Shown piece after piece: positions 15,588-23,970 of a stretch of 30,603 bases of DNA. Where the stretch lies: the NCBI GenBank assembly GCA_046758965.1, contig JBHIBG010000028.1:1-30603 (forward strand), given 5' to 3'. Below the pieces are notes generated by a model. The model did no database searches. It was not told the origin of the DNA and saw only the letters and a program-made list of their open reading frames with translations. The translations under genes and the position numbers were made by a program. The stretch's first letter is position 1; every line of letters starts with the position of its first letter. The stretch comes from Candidatus Methylomirabilia bacterium. GTDB lineage: Bacteria; Methylomirabilota; Methylomirabilia; Rokubacteriales; CSP1-6.

Positions 15588-16870
15588 TGGCTGTCCTCTT
15601 CGTCTCCGGGCTCAACCACCGGACGGCCCCCATCGCCGTGCGCGAGCAGCTTGCGGTGGAGGAGGACAAGCTCCGGGGGATCCTCCGGGAGGTCCAGCTC
15701 TCCGGGGTCCTCTCCGAGGTCACGATCCTTTCTACCTGCAACCGGGTTGAGGTCTACGGTGTGGCCGAGCTTGTCAACGAGGCCCGAAACCTGGCGTTCC
15801 ACCACCTCTGCGCATACCGGGGAGTCGCTCCCGCTGCCCTGGAGCCGTCGCTCTATACCAAGACAGACCGGGACGCGGTCCAGCACTGCTTCCGCGTCGC
15901 CTCTAGTCTGGATTCCATGATCCTCGGGGAGCCTCAGATCCTGGGCCAGGTCAAGGACGCCTTCGCCATGGCCCGGAGCTGCCAGACCGTGGGGCCGCTC
16001 CTCCACGGGCTGATGACCCAGGCCTTCGCTGTGGCCAAGAAGGTGAGGACCGAAACCGGCGTGGGGCACCACGCCGTGTCTGTCTCCTACGCGGCCGTAG
16101 AGCTGGCACGGAAGATCTTCGGAGGCCTGTCGGGCAGACCGGTCCTCCTCGTCGGGGCCGGCAAGATGGGGGAGTCGGCGGCGAGGCACCTCCTTGGCCA
16201 GCGGGCATTTCCCGTGTACGTCGCCAACCGGACCTGGAGCCGGGCGCAGGAGCTGGCGCGGGCCCTGGCCGGAACCGCGGTGCCTTTCGAGGAGGTTCGG
16301 GAAATCCTGGCTCAGGTAGACATCGTGATCACCTCCGCGGGGGCTCCGGAGCCTATCGTCCGGACAAGTGACGTTCAGCAGGCCCTCGCTGCTCGCCGCT
16401 CGCGCCCGCTCTTCTTCATCGACATCGCGGTGCCGAGGGCGGTGGAGCCCCGGATCAATGACCTGGAGAACGTCTTCTGTTACGACATCGACGACCTCCG
16501 CCAGGTCGTGGAGGCCAACATTCGCGAGCGCCTCCGCGAGGCCCAGCGGGCCGAGGCGCTGGTGGAGCGGGAGGTCGGGAAGTTCGTGGCCCGGCTCCAG
16601 GACCTGACGGTGGTGCCGACGATTGTCTCGCTCAGAGAAAAGCTGGAAGCGATCCGGCGGGGGGAGGTGGCCAAGACGCTGGTGCGCATTCCTGAAGCGC
16701 CGCCGGAGACCCGTGCAGCCATCGAAGCTCTCTCCACAGCCATCGTGAACAAGATCCTCCACACTCCTACCGTCAAGCTCCGCGACTCTTCCCGAAGCGG
16801 CCGGGCCCGCCGGTGGACCGTGCTGGTCTCCGAGCTCTTTGGCCTCGGCGATCGGGACGAAGAGCCGTGA
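15587..16870 (+). CDS. hemA: Glutamyl-tRNA reductase
   Basis: GLNHRTAP..RE, STCNRVE, SSLDSMILGEPQILGQVK, GAGKMG, DIAVPR, NKILHTP. Confidence 0.96.
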   Translation: MAVLFVSGLNHRTAPIAVREQLAVEEDKLRGILREVQLSGVLSEVTILSTCNRVEVYGVAELVNEARNLAFHHLCAYRGVAPAALEPSLYTKTDRDAVQHCFRVASSLDSMILGEPQILGQVKDAFAMARSCQTVGPLLHGLMTQAFAVAKKVRTETGVGHHAVSVSYAAVELARKIFGGLSGRPVLLVGAGKMGESAARHLLGQRAFPVYVANRTWSRAQELARALAGTAVPFEEVREILAQVDIVITSAGAPEPIVRTSDVQQALAARRSRPLFFIDIAVPRAVEPRINDLENVFCYDIDDLRQVVEANIRERLREAQRAEALVEREVGKFVARLQDLTVVPTIVSLREKLEAIRRGEVAKTLVRIPEAPPETRAAIEALSTAIVNKILHTPTVKLRDSSRSGRARRWTVLVSELFGLGDRDEEP

Positions 16871-17796
16871 CCGCCATCCGGGTTGGCACGCGGGGGAGCC
16901 CGCTCGCGCTCCGCCAGGCGGAGCTGGTCGTGGCAGGTCTGAGGGCGCTCGGCCCCGGTCGCCCGGTTGAGGTGGTTCCCATCAAAACCTCAGGGGATCG
17001 GCTGGCCCAGGTGACCCTGGCCGACTTCGGAGGCAAGGGGCTCTTCGTGAAAGAGATCGAGGAGGCTCTCTTGGAGGGGCGGGTCGACCTTGCGGTTCAC
17101 AGCCTGAAGGACCTTCCCGCAGAGCTCCCGGCGGGGCTCTGCCTGGCAGCCTACCTTCCCCGGGAGAATCCTCAGGACGTGCTGGTGAGCACGCATGGCG
17201 GCGGGGTGGCTGACCTCCCGGCAGGCGCGGTGGTAGGGACCTCGAGCCTCCGCCGGCGCGTGCAGTTGCTCGCCGGGCGCCCTGACCTCACGATCGAGCC
17301 GATCCGCGGCAACTTGGACACCCGCCTCCGCAAGCTCAGCGAAGGCGCCTACGACGCCATCGTGCTGGCAATGGCGGGGCTCAGGCGGCTGGGGCTCTCC
17401 CCGGCGGGTGCTCACCCTCTCGCGCCCGATGAGTTCATCCCGGCAGTGGGGCAGGGAGTCCTCGTGGCGGAAGCCAGAGCGAGCGACCGGCTTCTCCTTG
17501 ATCTCGTGAGGGGTCTGGACCACACTGAGACGCGGTGGGAAGCCGTGGCGGAGCGGGCCTTTCTCCGCCAGCTGGGGGCGAGCTGCTTCACCCCAGTGGC
17601 GGCCCACGGGAGGCTGGTGGACGGTGCGCTGACTCTCGCGGGGCTCGTGGCGAGCCTGGACGGTCAGCGCGGGCTCCGGGCGACGGTGAGCGGCCCGCCC
17701 GAGGGGGCTCCCGTTCTAGGCCAGAAGCTGGCCGACGAGCTCAAGGCGAAAGGCGCCGCGGAGATCTTGACGGACGTGGAGCGGGAGCGGGGATGA
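16867..17796 (+). CDS. hemC: Hydroxymethylbilane synthase
   Basis: GTRGSPLA, GKGLFVKEIE, VHSLKD, GTSSLRR, RGNLDTRL, PAVGQG; GTGA overlap with hemA. Confidence 0.96.
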   Translation: MTAIRVGTRGSPLALRQAELVVAGLRALGPGRPVEVVPIKTSGDRLAQVTLADFGGKGLFVKEIEEALLEGRVDLAVHSLKDLPAELPAGLCLAAYLPRENPQDVLVSTHGGGVADLPAGAVVGTSSLRRRVQLLAGRPDLTIEPIRGNLDTRLRKLSEGAYDAIVLAMAGLRRLGLSPAGAHPLAPDEFIPAVGQGVLVAEARASDRLLLDLVRGLDHTETRWEAVAERAFLRQLGASCFTPVAAHGRLVDGALTLAGLVASLDGQRGLRATVSGPPEGAPVLGQKLADELKAKGAAEILTDVERERG

Positions 17797-18599
17797 CAGT
17801 CGAAAGGGTGGTGGGGCTCAAACCACTGATCGGGAAGCGAGTCGTGGTGACCCGTGCGCGCCACCAGGCCGTGAGTCTCGTCAGGCTCCTGGAAGAGGCC
17901 GGCGCCGCCGTGCTGGCAATTCCCACAATTCAGGTCGAGCCCCCGGATTCCTGGGAGCCGCTGGACCGAGCCATTCGCGAACTTTCCGCGTTCAGCTGGG
18001 TGCTCTTTACCAGCGTGAACGGAGTGGAGGTGTTTGTCGAGCGGACGGGGCATCTCGGTCATTCTCCCCGGACGCTCGCGCAGGCCCGGATCGCCGCCAT
18101 CGGACCGGCCACGGCCGAGGCCCTTATCCAGCGGGGGTGCCGACCCGAGGTCGTGCCTGAACAGTACCGGGCTGAAGGACTGGTGGAACGCCTCCGCTCC
18201 GAGATTCGTCCGGGTGACGCTATTCTGATCCCCCGGGCGGCTGAGGCCCGCGACCTCCTCGTCAAGGCTCTGACGGAGCTCGGAGCCGAGGTCCACGAGG
18301 TTCCGGCCTACCGGACCCGGCCGGCTCGGGCAGAAGCTGGCCGGCTGAGACAGGCGCTCCGGAGGCGGGAGATCCACGCGGTCACATTCACCAGCTCGTC
18401 AACGGTCCGGAACTTTGCGGAACTCTTTGCCCCAGAGGAGCTCCGGGAGCTGCTCGCCGGTGTGGTGGTTGCCTGCATCGGGCCCATCACCGCTGAGACA
18501 GCAGCCACCTCTGGTATCGCCACTCAGGTGATGCCGGCGGAATACACGATCCCGGCACTGGCCCGGGCTCTCATCGCGTTCTACACGAGAACCGGATGA
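17793..18599 (+). CDS. hemD: Uroporphyrinogen-III synthase
   Basis: VVVTRARHQA, FTSVNGV, AIGPATA, FTSSSTV, CIGPITA; ATGA overlap with hemC. Confidence 0.93.
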   Translation: MTVERVVGLKPLIGKRVVVTRARHQAVSLVRLLEEAGAAVLAIPTIQVEPPDSWEPLDRAIRELSAFSWVLFTSVNGVEVFVERTGHLGHSPRTLAQARIAAIGPATAEALIQRGCRPEVVPEQYRAEGLVERLRSEIRPGDAILIPRAAEARDLLVKALTELGAEVHEVPAYRTRPARAEAGRLRQALRRREIHAVTFTSSSTVRNFAELFAPEELRELLAGVVVACIGPITAETAATSGIATQVMPAEYTIPALARALIAFYTRTG

Positions 18600-18638
18600 C
18601 GCTGCGTCTTTCGTGGACCACGTAGAAGGAGGCCAGCC

Positions 18639-19619
18639 ATGCGCTATCCCGTCTTCCGCCCTCGCCGGCTCCGGGAGTCGCCCCTCCTGAGGAACATGGT
18701 CCGGGAGACGACTCTCCAGGTGGATGACCTGATCTATCCGCTCTTCGCGGTCCACGGGCGCGGGGTCCGGAACGCCATTTCCTCCATGCCGGGACAGTAC
18801 CAGCTCTCGGTTGACGAACTGGTGAAGGAGGCCAAGGACGCCGCCTCCATGCGGATTCCCGCGGTGCTGCTCTTCGGCGTGCCCGCGAGTAAGGACCCGC
18901 AGGGCTCGGAAGCATACGCGGAAGATGGGATCGTGCAACAGACGGTGAGGGCCATCAAGGAGACGGTCCCTGATCTCTTGGTGATTGCCGACGTGTGTCT
19001 CTGCCAGTACACGAGCCATGGCCACTGCGGGGTGGTGGAGGGCGGTCGCGTCAAGAACGACCCGACTCTCGAGCTCCTGGCCCGCGCCGCGGTCTCGTAC
19101 GCCGAGGCGGGGGCGGACATGGTGGCCCCTTCAGACATGATGGACGGCCGGGTGGCTGCCATCCGGGAGGCGCTGGACGAGGCCGGCTACCCGGAGCTGC
19201 CGATCATGGCCTACTCGGCGAAATACGCCTCCGCCTTCTACGGGCCGTTCCGGGAGGCGGCGGAGTCTCCGCCCCAGTTCGGCGACCGGCGCTCCTATCA
19301 GATGGACCCGGGCAACACCATGGAGGCGCTCCGGGAGGTGGGGTTGGACGTCGACGAAGGCGCCGACATCGTGATGGTGAAGCCGGCCTTGCCGTACCTG
19401 GACGTCATCGCACGGGTGAAGGGCGAGTTCGGGCTGCCGGTGGCGGCCTACTCGGTCTCCGGCGAGTACGCCATGATCAAGGCCGCGGGGAAGCTGGGCT
19501 GGCTCGATGAGGAGCGCATCATGCTGGAGGCGCTGACCGCCATCCGCCGGGCCGGCGCCGACCTCGTGATCACCTACTTCGCCAAGGAGGCCTGCCGGTT
19601 GCTGGAGCGAAGTGGGTAG
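18639..19619 (+). CDS. hemB: Porphobilinogen synthase (Zn-type)
   Basis: [42 protein letters not shown]. Confidence 0.97.
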   Translation: MRYPVFRPRRLRESPLLRNMVRETTLQVDDLIYPLFAVHGRGVRNAISSMPGQYQLSVDELVKEAKDAASMRIPAVLLFGVPASKDPQGSEAYAEDGIVQQTVRAIKETVPDLLVIADVCLCQYTSHGHCGVVEGGRVKNDPTLELLARAAVSYAEAGADMVAPSDMMDGRVAAIREALDEAGYPELPIMAYSAKYASAFYGPFREAAESPPQFGDRRSYQMDPGNTMEALREVGLDVDEGADIVMVKPALPYLDVIARVKGEFGLPVAAYSVSGEYAMIKAAGKLGWLDEERIMLEALTAIRRAGADLVITYFAKEACRLLERSG

Positions 19620-19653
19620 TGTAGAGTAAGGGCGGTTTCGGCAGCAGGCGAGA

Positions 19654-20100
19654 ATGCGGATCTCATCAAGAGGTGAGTACGCTATCAGGGCTATGGTGGA
19701 CCTTGCCCTTCACCATGAAAAGGGCCTGATCCCCATCCAGGAGATCGCCTCACGCCAGGGGATCCCGCAACGCTACCTTGAGCAGGTGCTCCTGCTCCTC
19801 AAGCGGGCAGGTTTTCTTACCTCCAAGCGCGGTTCGGCGGGCGGCTACCATCTGCTGCGGCCTCCGAGCGAGATCACGGTGGGTGCGGTGCTTCATGCCA
19901 TCGAGGGGTCCCTGGAGCGACCGGCAGGCGACAAACGTTGGCACTCCAGGTCGGCGGGGGATCACTCAGGCGAACTGGCGGAGCTGTGGGCGCAGGTCTC
20001 TGCGGCGGTGTCGGGAGTCGTCGATCGGATTACGTTCGAGGACCTTCGCGAACAGGTACAGGCGCGCCAGAGCTCGGCGCGCCCGATGTACCACATCTAA
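19654..20100 (+). CDS. Rrf2-family regulator, CymR-like (no Fe-S cysteines)
   Basis: MRISSRGEYAIRAM, YLEQV, SKRGSAGGY wHTH; contains no Cys; ends MYHI; upstream of cysK. Confidence 0.9.
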   Translation: MRISSRGEYAIRAMVDLALHHEKGLIPIQEIASRQGIPQRYLEQVLLLLKRAGFLTSKRGSAGGYHLLRPPSEITVGAVLHAIEGSLERPAGDKRWHSRSAGDHSGELAELWAQVSAAVSGVVDRITFEDLREQVQARQSSARPMYHI

Positions 20101-20148
20101 CTAATTTTTTTTGGCGAGAATCCCGCCTCCCCGATAGGGAAAGACGAG

Positions 20149-21093
20149 ATGACTCAGGGAAGAGGGCAGAGCAGGGGCCGGACGAAGGTCGCGGAGACCG
20201 TGCTTGACCTCATCGGCGGCACGCCGCTTGTCCGCCTGAACAGGCTCCCCGATCCCGGCGGCGCCGTGGTGCTTGCGAAGCTCGAGTCAGTGAACCCTGG
20301 CGGAAGCGTGAAAGACCGGATCGCGCGAGCCATGGTGGAGGAGGCGGAACTCCGCGGAGTGCTCAAGCCCGGGGCCACCATCGTGGAGCCCACCAGCGGG
20401 AACACCGGGATCGGGCTGGCCATGGTGGCGGCTGTGAGGGGATACCGCCTGATCCTCACCATGCCCGACGACATGAGCCTGGAGCGCCAACGGCTGCTTG
20501 CGCGCTTTGGCGCCGAGATTCTGCTGACTCCCGCCATCGAGGGGATGACCGGCGCGGTCCACGCGGCCAACGAGCTCGTAAAGGCTCACCCCGACTACTT
20601 CATGCCCCAACAGTTCGAGAATGCCGCCAACCCCGATATCCACAGACGGACCACCGCGCTTGAGATCCTCGAGGCCACAGAGGGTCGGCTCGACGTGTTC
20701 GTGGCCGGCGTAGGAACGGGCGGGACTATCACCGGGGTCGGCGAGATCCTGAAGGAAAAGGTCCCCGGCGTTCGGGTGGTGGGGGTCGAGCCAGCCCAAT
20801 CCCCGGTGCTCTCCGGAGGTCGGGCCCGGCCCCACGGGATCCAGGGGATCGGGGCCTCATTCGTTCCGGGAGTGCTGAACCGGACGATCATGGATGAGGT
20901 CATCCAGGTGAGGGACGCGGATGCCTTCGCAACGACCAAGCGCCTGACGCGCGAGGAAGGACTCCTCGTGGGTGTTTCGGCCGGCGCCGCCGTGTTCGCC
21001 GCGTGCCAGGTGGCGGCACGGCTCGGCTCAGACCAGGTCGTGGTCACGGTCCTGCCCGACACCGGAGAGCGCTACCTGAGCATGGCGTTCTGA
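20149..21093 (+). CDS. cysK: Cysteine synthase A (O-acetylserine sulfhydrylase)
   Basis: NPGGSVKDR (PLP Lys), EPTSGNTG, QQFEN, GVGTGGT, HGIQGIG, PDTGERYLS. Confidence 0.93.
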   Translation: MTQGRGQSRGRTKVAETVLDLIGGTPLVRLNRLPDPGGAVVLAKLESVNPGGSVKDRIARAMVEEAELRGVLKPGATIVEPTSGNTGIGLAMVAAVRGYRLILTMPDDMSLERQRLLARFGAEILLTPAIEGMTGAVHAANELVKAHPDYFMPQQFENAANPDIHRRTTALEILEATEGRLDVFVAGVGTGGTITGVGEILKEKVPGVRVVGVEPAQSPVLSGGRARPHGIQGIGASFVPGVLNRTIMDEVIQVRDADAFATTKRLTREEGLLVGVSAGAAVFAACQVAARLGSDQVVVTVLPDTGERYLSMAF

Positions 21094-21111
21094 GAAGCGA
21101 GGTGAGAACTG

Positions 21112-21390
21112 ATGCCCGTGAAGGTCTACATCCCGACGCCGTTTCGGCGCGCCACAAACAACGCGGATCGGGTGGAATGTGAGGCTCGAGACGTGGCTGA
21201 GCTCCTGGATCAGCTCGAGCTCCGGTTTGCCGGGCTCAAGGGGCTCGTGCGAAACGACAGAGGGGAGGTACATCACCACGTCAACGTCTATGTCAACAGT
21301 GAAGCCATCGAGTCCTTTCAGGGGCTGGCCACCCCGCTGAAAGATGGAGATGAGGTGGCGATTATTCCCGCCCTGGCCGGCGGGCGATGA
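21112..21390 (+). CDS. MoaD/ThiS/CysO-like ubiquitin-fold sulfur carrier
   Basis: [31 protein letters not shown]. Confidence 0.9.
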   Translation: MPVKVYIPTPFRRATNNADRVECEARDVAELLDQLELRFAGLKGLVRNDRGEVHHHVNVYVNSEAIESFQGLATPLKDGDEVAIIPALAGGR

Positions 21391-21911
21391 TCGTTACGCC
21401 TGAGGAGTTCGCCCAAATCCGCAGGCAAGCCGAGGCCGAGTACCCCCAGGAGTGCTGCGGGGTGATCCTCGTGGGCCCCGGCGACAAGCGGCTGCTGCTC
21501 CCGTTCCGGAACATCCAGAACGAGAAGCACGCGCAGGACCCCGCGCACTATCCCAGGGATGCCCGCACCGCGTACTACGCCGACCCGCAGGATGTCATGA
21601 AACTGATGAGGCTCGAGCCAGAAGGGTACAGAGCAGTGACGTTCTACCACTCGCATATCGATGTCGGGGCGTATTTTTCCGAGACGGACAAGCGCCAAGC
21701 GGCGCCCGGGGGCGAGGCCTTATATCCCGACGCGGCCTACCTCGTCGTGTCGGTCGTGGAGCATAAGGTCCAAGGTGCCGAAGGCTGGTTGCGCCGTTGG
21801 TTGCCGCGGCTTCTCAGGCGGTGCAAGGTCCTGGAGGCGCGGGCCTTCCGGTGGGATCCTGCCCGGAGAGATTTCGCTCCGGTTCCATTCACCCAGCGAT
21901 CCTCATGCTAG
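21387..21911 (+). CDS. JAMM/MPN+ (Mec-like, M67) metallopeptidase
   Basis: YPQECCG and HSH-x7-S-x2-D ([14 protein letters not shown]); ATGA overlap with the sulfur carrier gene. Confidence 0.9.
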   Translation: MIVTPEEFAQIRRQAEAEYPQECCGVILVGPGDKRLLLPFRNIQNEKHAQDPAHYPRDARTAYYADPQDVMKLMRLEPEGYRAVTFYHSHIDVGAYFSETDKRQAAPGGEALYPDAAYLVVSVVEHKVQGAEGWLRRWLPRLLRRCKVLEARAFRWDPARRDFAPVPFTQRSSC

Positions 21912-23188
21912 CCTCCGAGCGGTTCTTTTCCCGGGCCCAGGCGCGGATTCCGGGCGGGGTGAACAGTCCCGTCCGCGCGTTCAGAGGTGTGGGCGGCACG
22001 CCGTTCTTCGTCTCCCGAGCTGAGGGATCCCGGATCTGGGATCTGGATGGGCGGAGCTACGTGGACTTCCTCGGCTCCTGGGGCCCTCTCATCCTGGGTC
22101 ATGCCCCGGCCCCGGTCGTTGAGGCCCTCACCGAGAGCGTGCGCCTGGGGACCAGCTACGGCGCCCCCACTCCCCAGGAGGTGGAGTTGGCGGAGGCGAT
22201 CGCCCAGGCTGTCCCCTCGATCGAGATGGTGAGACTGGTGAACTCCGGGACTGAGGCGGCGATGAGCGCCATTCGCCTGGCGCGAGGCGCCACGGGGCGA
22301 GAGGTGATCGTGAAGTTTGAGGGATGCTACCACGGTCATACCGACAGCCTCCTGGTCAAGGCCGGCTCGGGAGGGGCCACCTTTTCGCTCCCTGACAGCC
22401 TGGGAGTCCCTGCGAGCCTCGCGGCCCTGACGATCACCCTTCCCTTCAACGACCCGGTATCGGTCGAGCGCACATTAGAGGCCCGAGGCAGGGACGTGGC
22501 CGCCGTGATCGTCGAGCCCGTAGCCGGCAACATGGGGGTGGTGCCTCCAGGTCCCGAGTTCCTCCAGAGGCTCAGGGCTTCCTGTGACCGGCACGGGGTA
22601 CTGCTGATCTTCGACGAAGTGATCACAGGATTCCGCCTCGGCCGCGGGGGCGCCCAGGCGCGTTACGGCGTACGGCCGGATCTGACCTGCCTCGGAAAGA
22701 TCATCGGGGGAGGACTCCCCATCGGCGCCTACGGGGGTCGGGCTGACCTCATGGCGCAGGTCGCGCCGCTCGGCGGTGTCTATCAGGCCGGAACCTTGTC
22801 CGGGAACCCGCTCGCCGTAGCCGCGGGCCTCGCTACGCTTCGGGCGCTCGCGGATCCCGTCGTGTACCAGCGCCTGGACGCCCTGGGAGCCGCGCTTGAG
22901 GAGGGCCTCGCGGCGGCGGGACGCGGGGCCGGGGTTGCTCTGAGCGTGAACCGTATCGGCTCCATGCTCACGCCGTTCTTTACGGGAGAACCGGTCACCG
23001 ACTTCACCACGGCCATGCGCTCGGCCACCCAGCGCTACGCCGCTTTTTTCCACGGGATGCTTCAGCGCGGCGTTTTTCTTCCGCCCTCTCAGTTTGAAGC
23101 CGCCTTCGTTTCGCTGGCTCACTCCGAAGCCGACATCGAGCTGGCGAGCCGAGCCGCGCGGGAGACGTTGGCCTCCCTCAGCCACTGA
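21905..23188 (+). CDS. hemL: Glutamate-1-semialdehyde 2,1-aminomutase
   Basis: [57 protein letters not shown]. Confidence 0.96.
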   Translation: MLASERFFSRAQARIPGGVNSPVRAFRGVGGTPFFVSRAEGSRIWDLDGRSYVDFLGSWGPLILGHAPAPVVEALTESVRLGTSYGAPTPQEVELAEAIAQAVPSIEMVRLVNSGTEAAMSAIRLARGATGREVIVKFEGCYHGHTDSLLVKAGSGGATFSLPDSLGVPASLAALTITLPFNDPVSVERTLEARGRDVAAVIVEPVAGNMGVVPPGPEFLQRLRASCDRHGVLLIFDEVITGFRLGRGGAQARYGVRPDLTCLGKIIGGGLPIGAYGGRADLMAQVAPLGGVYQAGTLSGNPLAVAAGLATLRALADPVVYQRLDALGAALEEGLAAAGRGAGVALSVNRIGSMLTPFFTGEPVTDFTTAMRSATQRYAAFFHGMLQRGVFLPPSQFEAAFVSLAHSEADIELASRAARETLASLSH

Positions 23189-23224
23189 GCCCGCACACCC
23201 TGATCCTCTCCGAGCTGAATTCTG

Positions 23225-23254
23225 TTGACTCGGATTTCGGGCTGGTGATAGGAT
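23225..23254 (+). promoter_or_regulatory. Candidate sigma70 promoter for the act operon
   Basis: TTGACT (23225-23230), 18 nt, TAGGAT (23249-23254), with extended -10 TG. Confidence 0.5.
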
Positions 23255-23394
23255 TCGCAAGGCTTCGCCCTGAACGACCGGTCCTGCACGGTCGCTTCTG
23301 TGTTGGTGTTCAGCGATTCATCGTTTCCCGTTCGGAAGATTCTCGTTAGCCGAGGAGTGTGCGACGCGGGATGTGGACGAAGGCGGGAGCTGGG

Positions 23395-23940
23395 ATGCGC
23401 GGGCTGGTTCTCCTCGCTCTCCTCTTCTTCTCTCAGGTTCTCGCCCCGACGAATCCAGAGGCCGTGACCACAGCGGTCCAGCCCATCGCATTCAGCCATC
23501 GGATCCATGCCGGGCAGTACAAGATCGATTGCCAGTACTGTCACGCCGATGCGCGTCGCTCGCCATACGCCGGGATCCCATCGGTGCGACGCTGCATGGG
23601 GTGCCACAGGATCACAGCCGCGGATCGGCCCGAGATCCAGAAGCTCGCCCAGTACCTGGGGAGGGAGGAATCAATCCCGTGGGTCCGGATCCATAAAGTG
23701 CCCGAGATGGTCTACTTCGCTCATAAGCCGCACATCCGGGCCGGTCTGGCCTGCCAGAGCTGCCACGGCCCGGTGGACACCATGGACCGGATCGAGGCGA
23801 GGACGGGTCAGAACCTGGTCAACGATCTGCTGAACCTCGTCGGGCTCGCGCAAACGGCGACCCCACTGACCATGGGATGGTGTGTCGAGTGTCACACGGC
23901 CAAGGAGGCCTCGCTGGAGTGCACCACGTGCCACCACTGA
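23395..23940 (+). CDS. actA: Alternative complex III pentaheme cytochrome c subunit
   Basis: Five CxxCH motifs (CQYCH, CMGCH, CQSCH, CVECH, CTTCH); QPIAFSH..H; MGWC; N-terminal hydrophobic segment. Start uncertain (23359, 23371 or 23395). Confidence 0.9.
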   Translation: MRGLVLLALLFFSQVLAPTNPEAVTTAVQPIAFSHRIHAGQYKIDCQYCHADARRSPYAGIPSVRRCMGCHRITAADRPEIQKLAQYLGREESIPWVRIHKVPEMVYFAHKPHIRAGLACQSCHGPVDTMDRIEARTGQNLVNDLLNLVGLAQTATPLTMGWCVECHTAKEASLECTTCHH

Positions 23941-23970
23941 GCGGGTCAGCGGACGAATAGGGAGAGGAGT

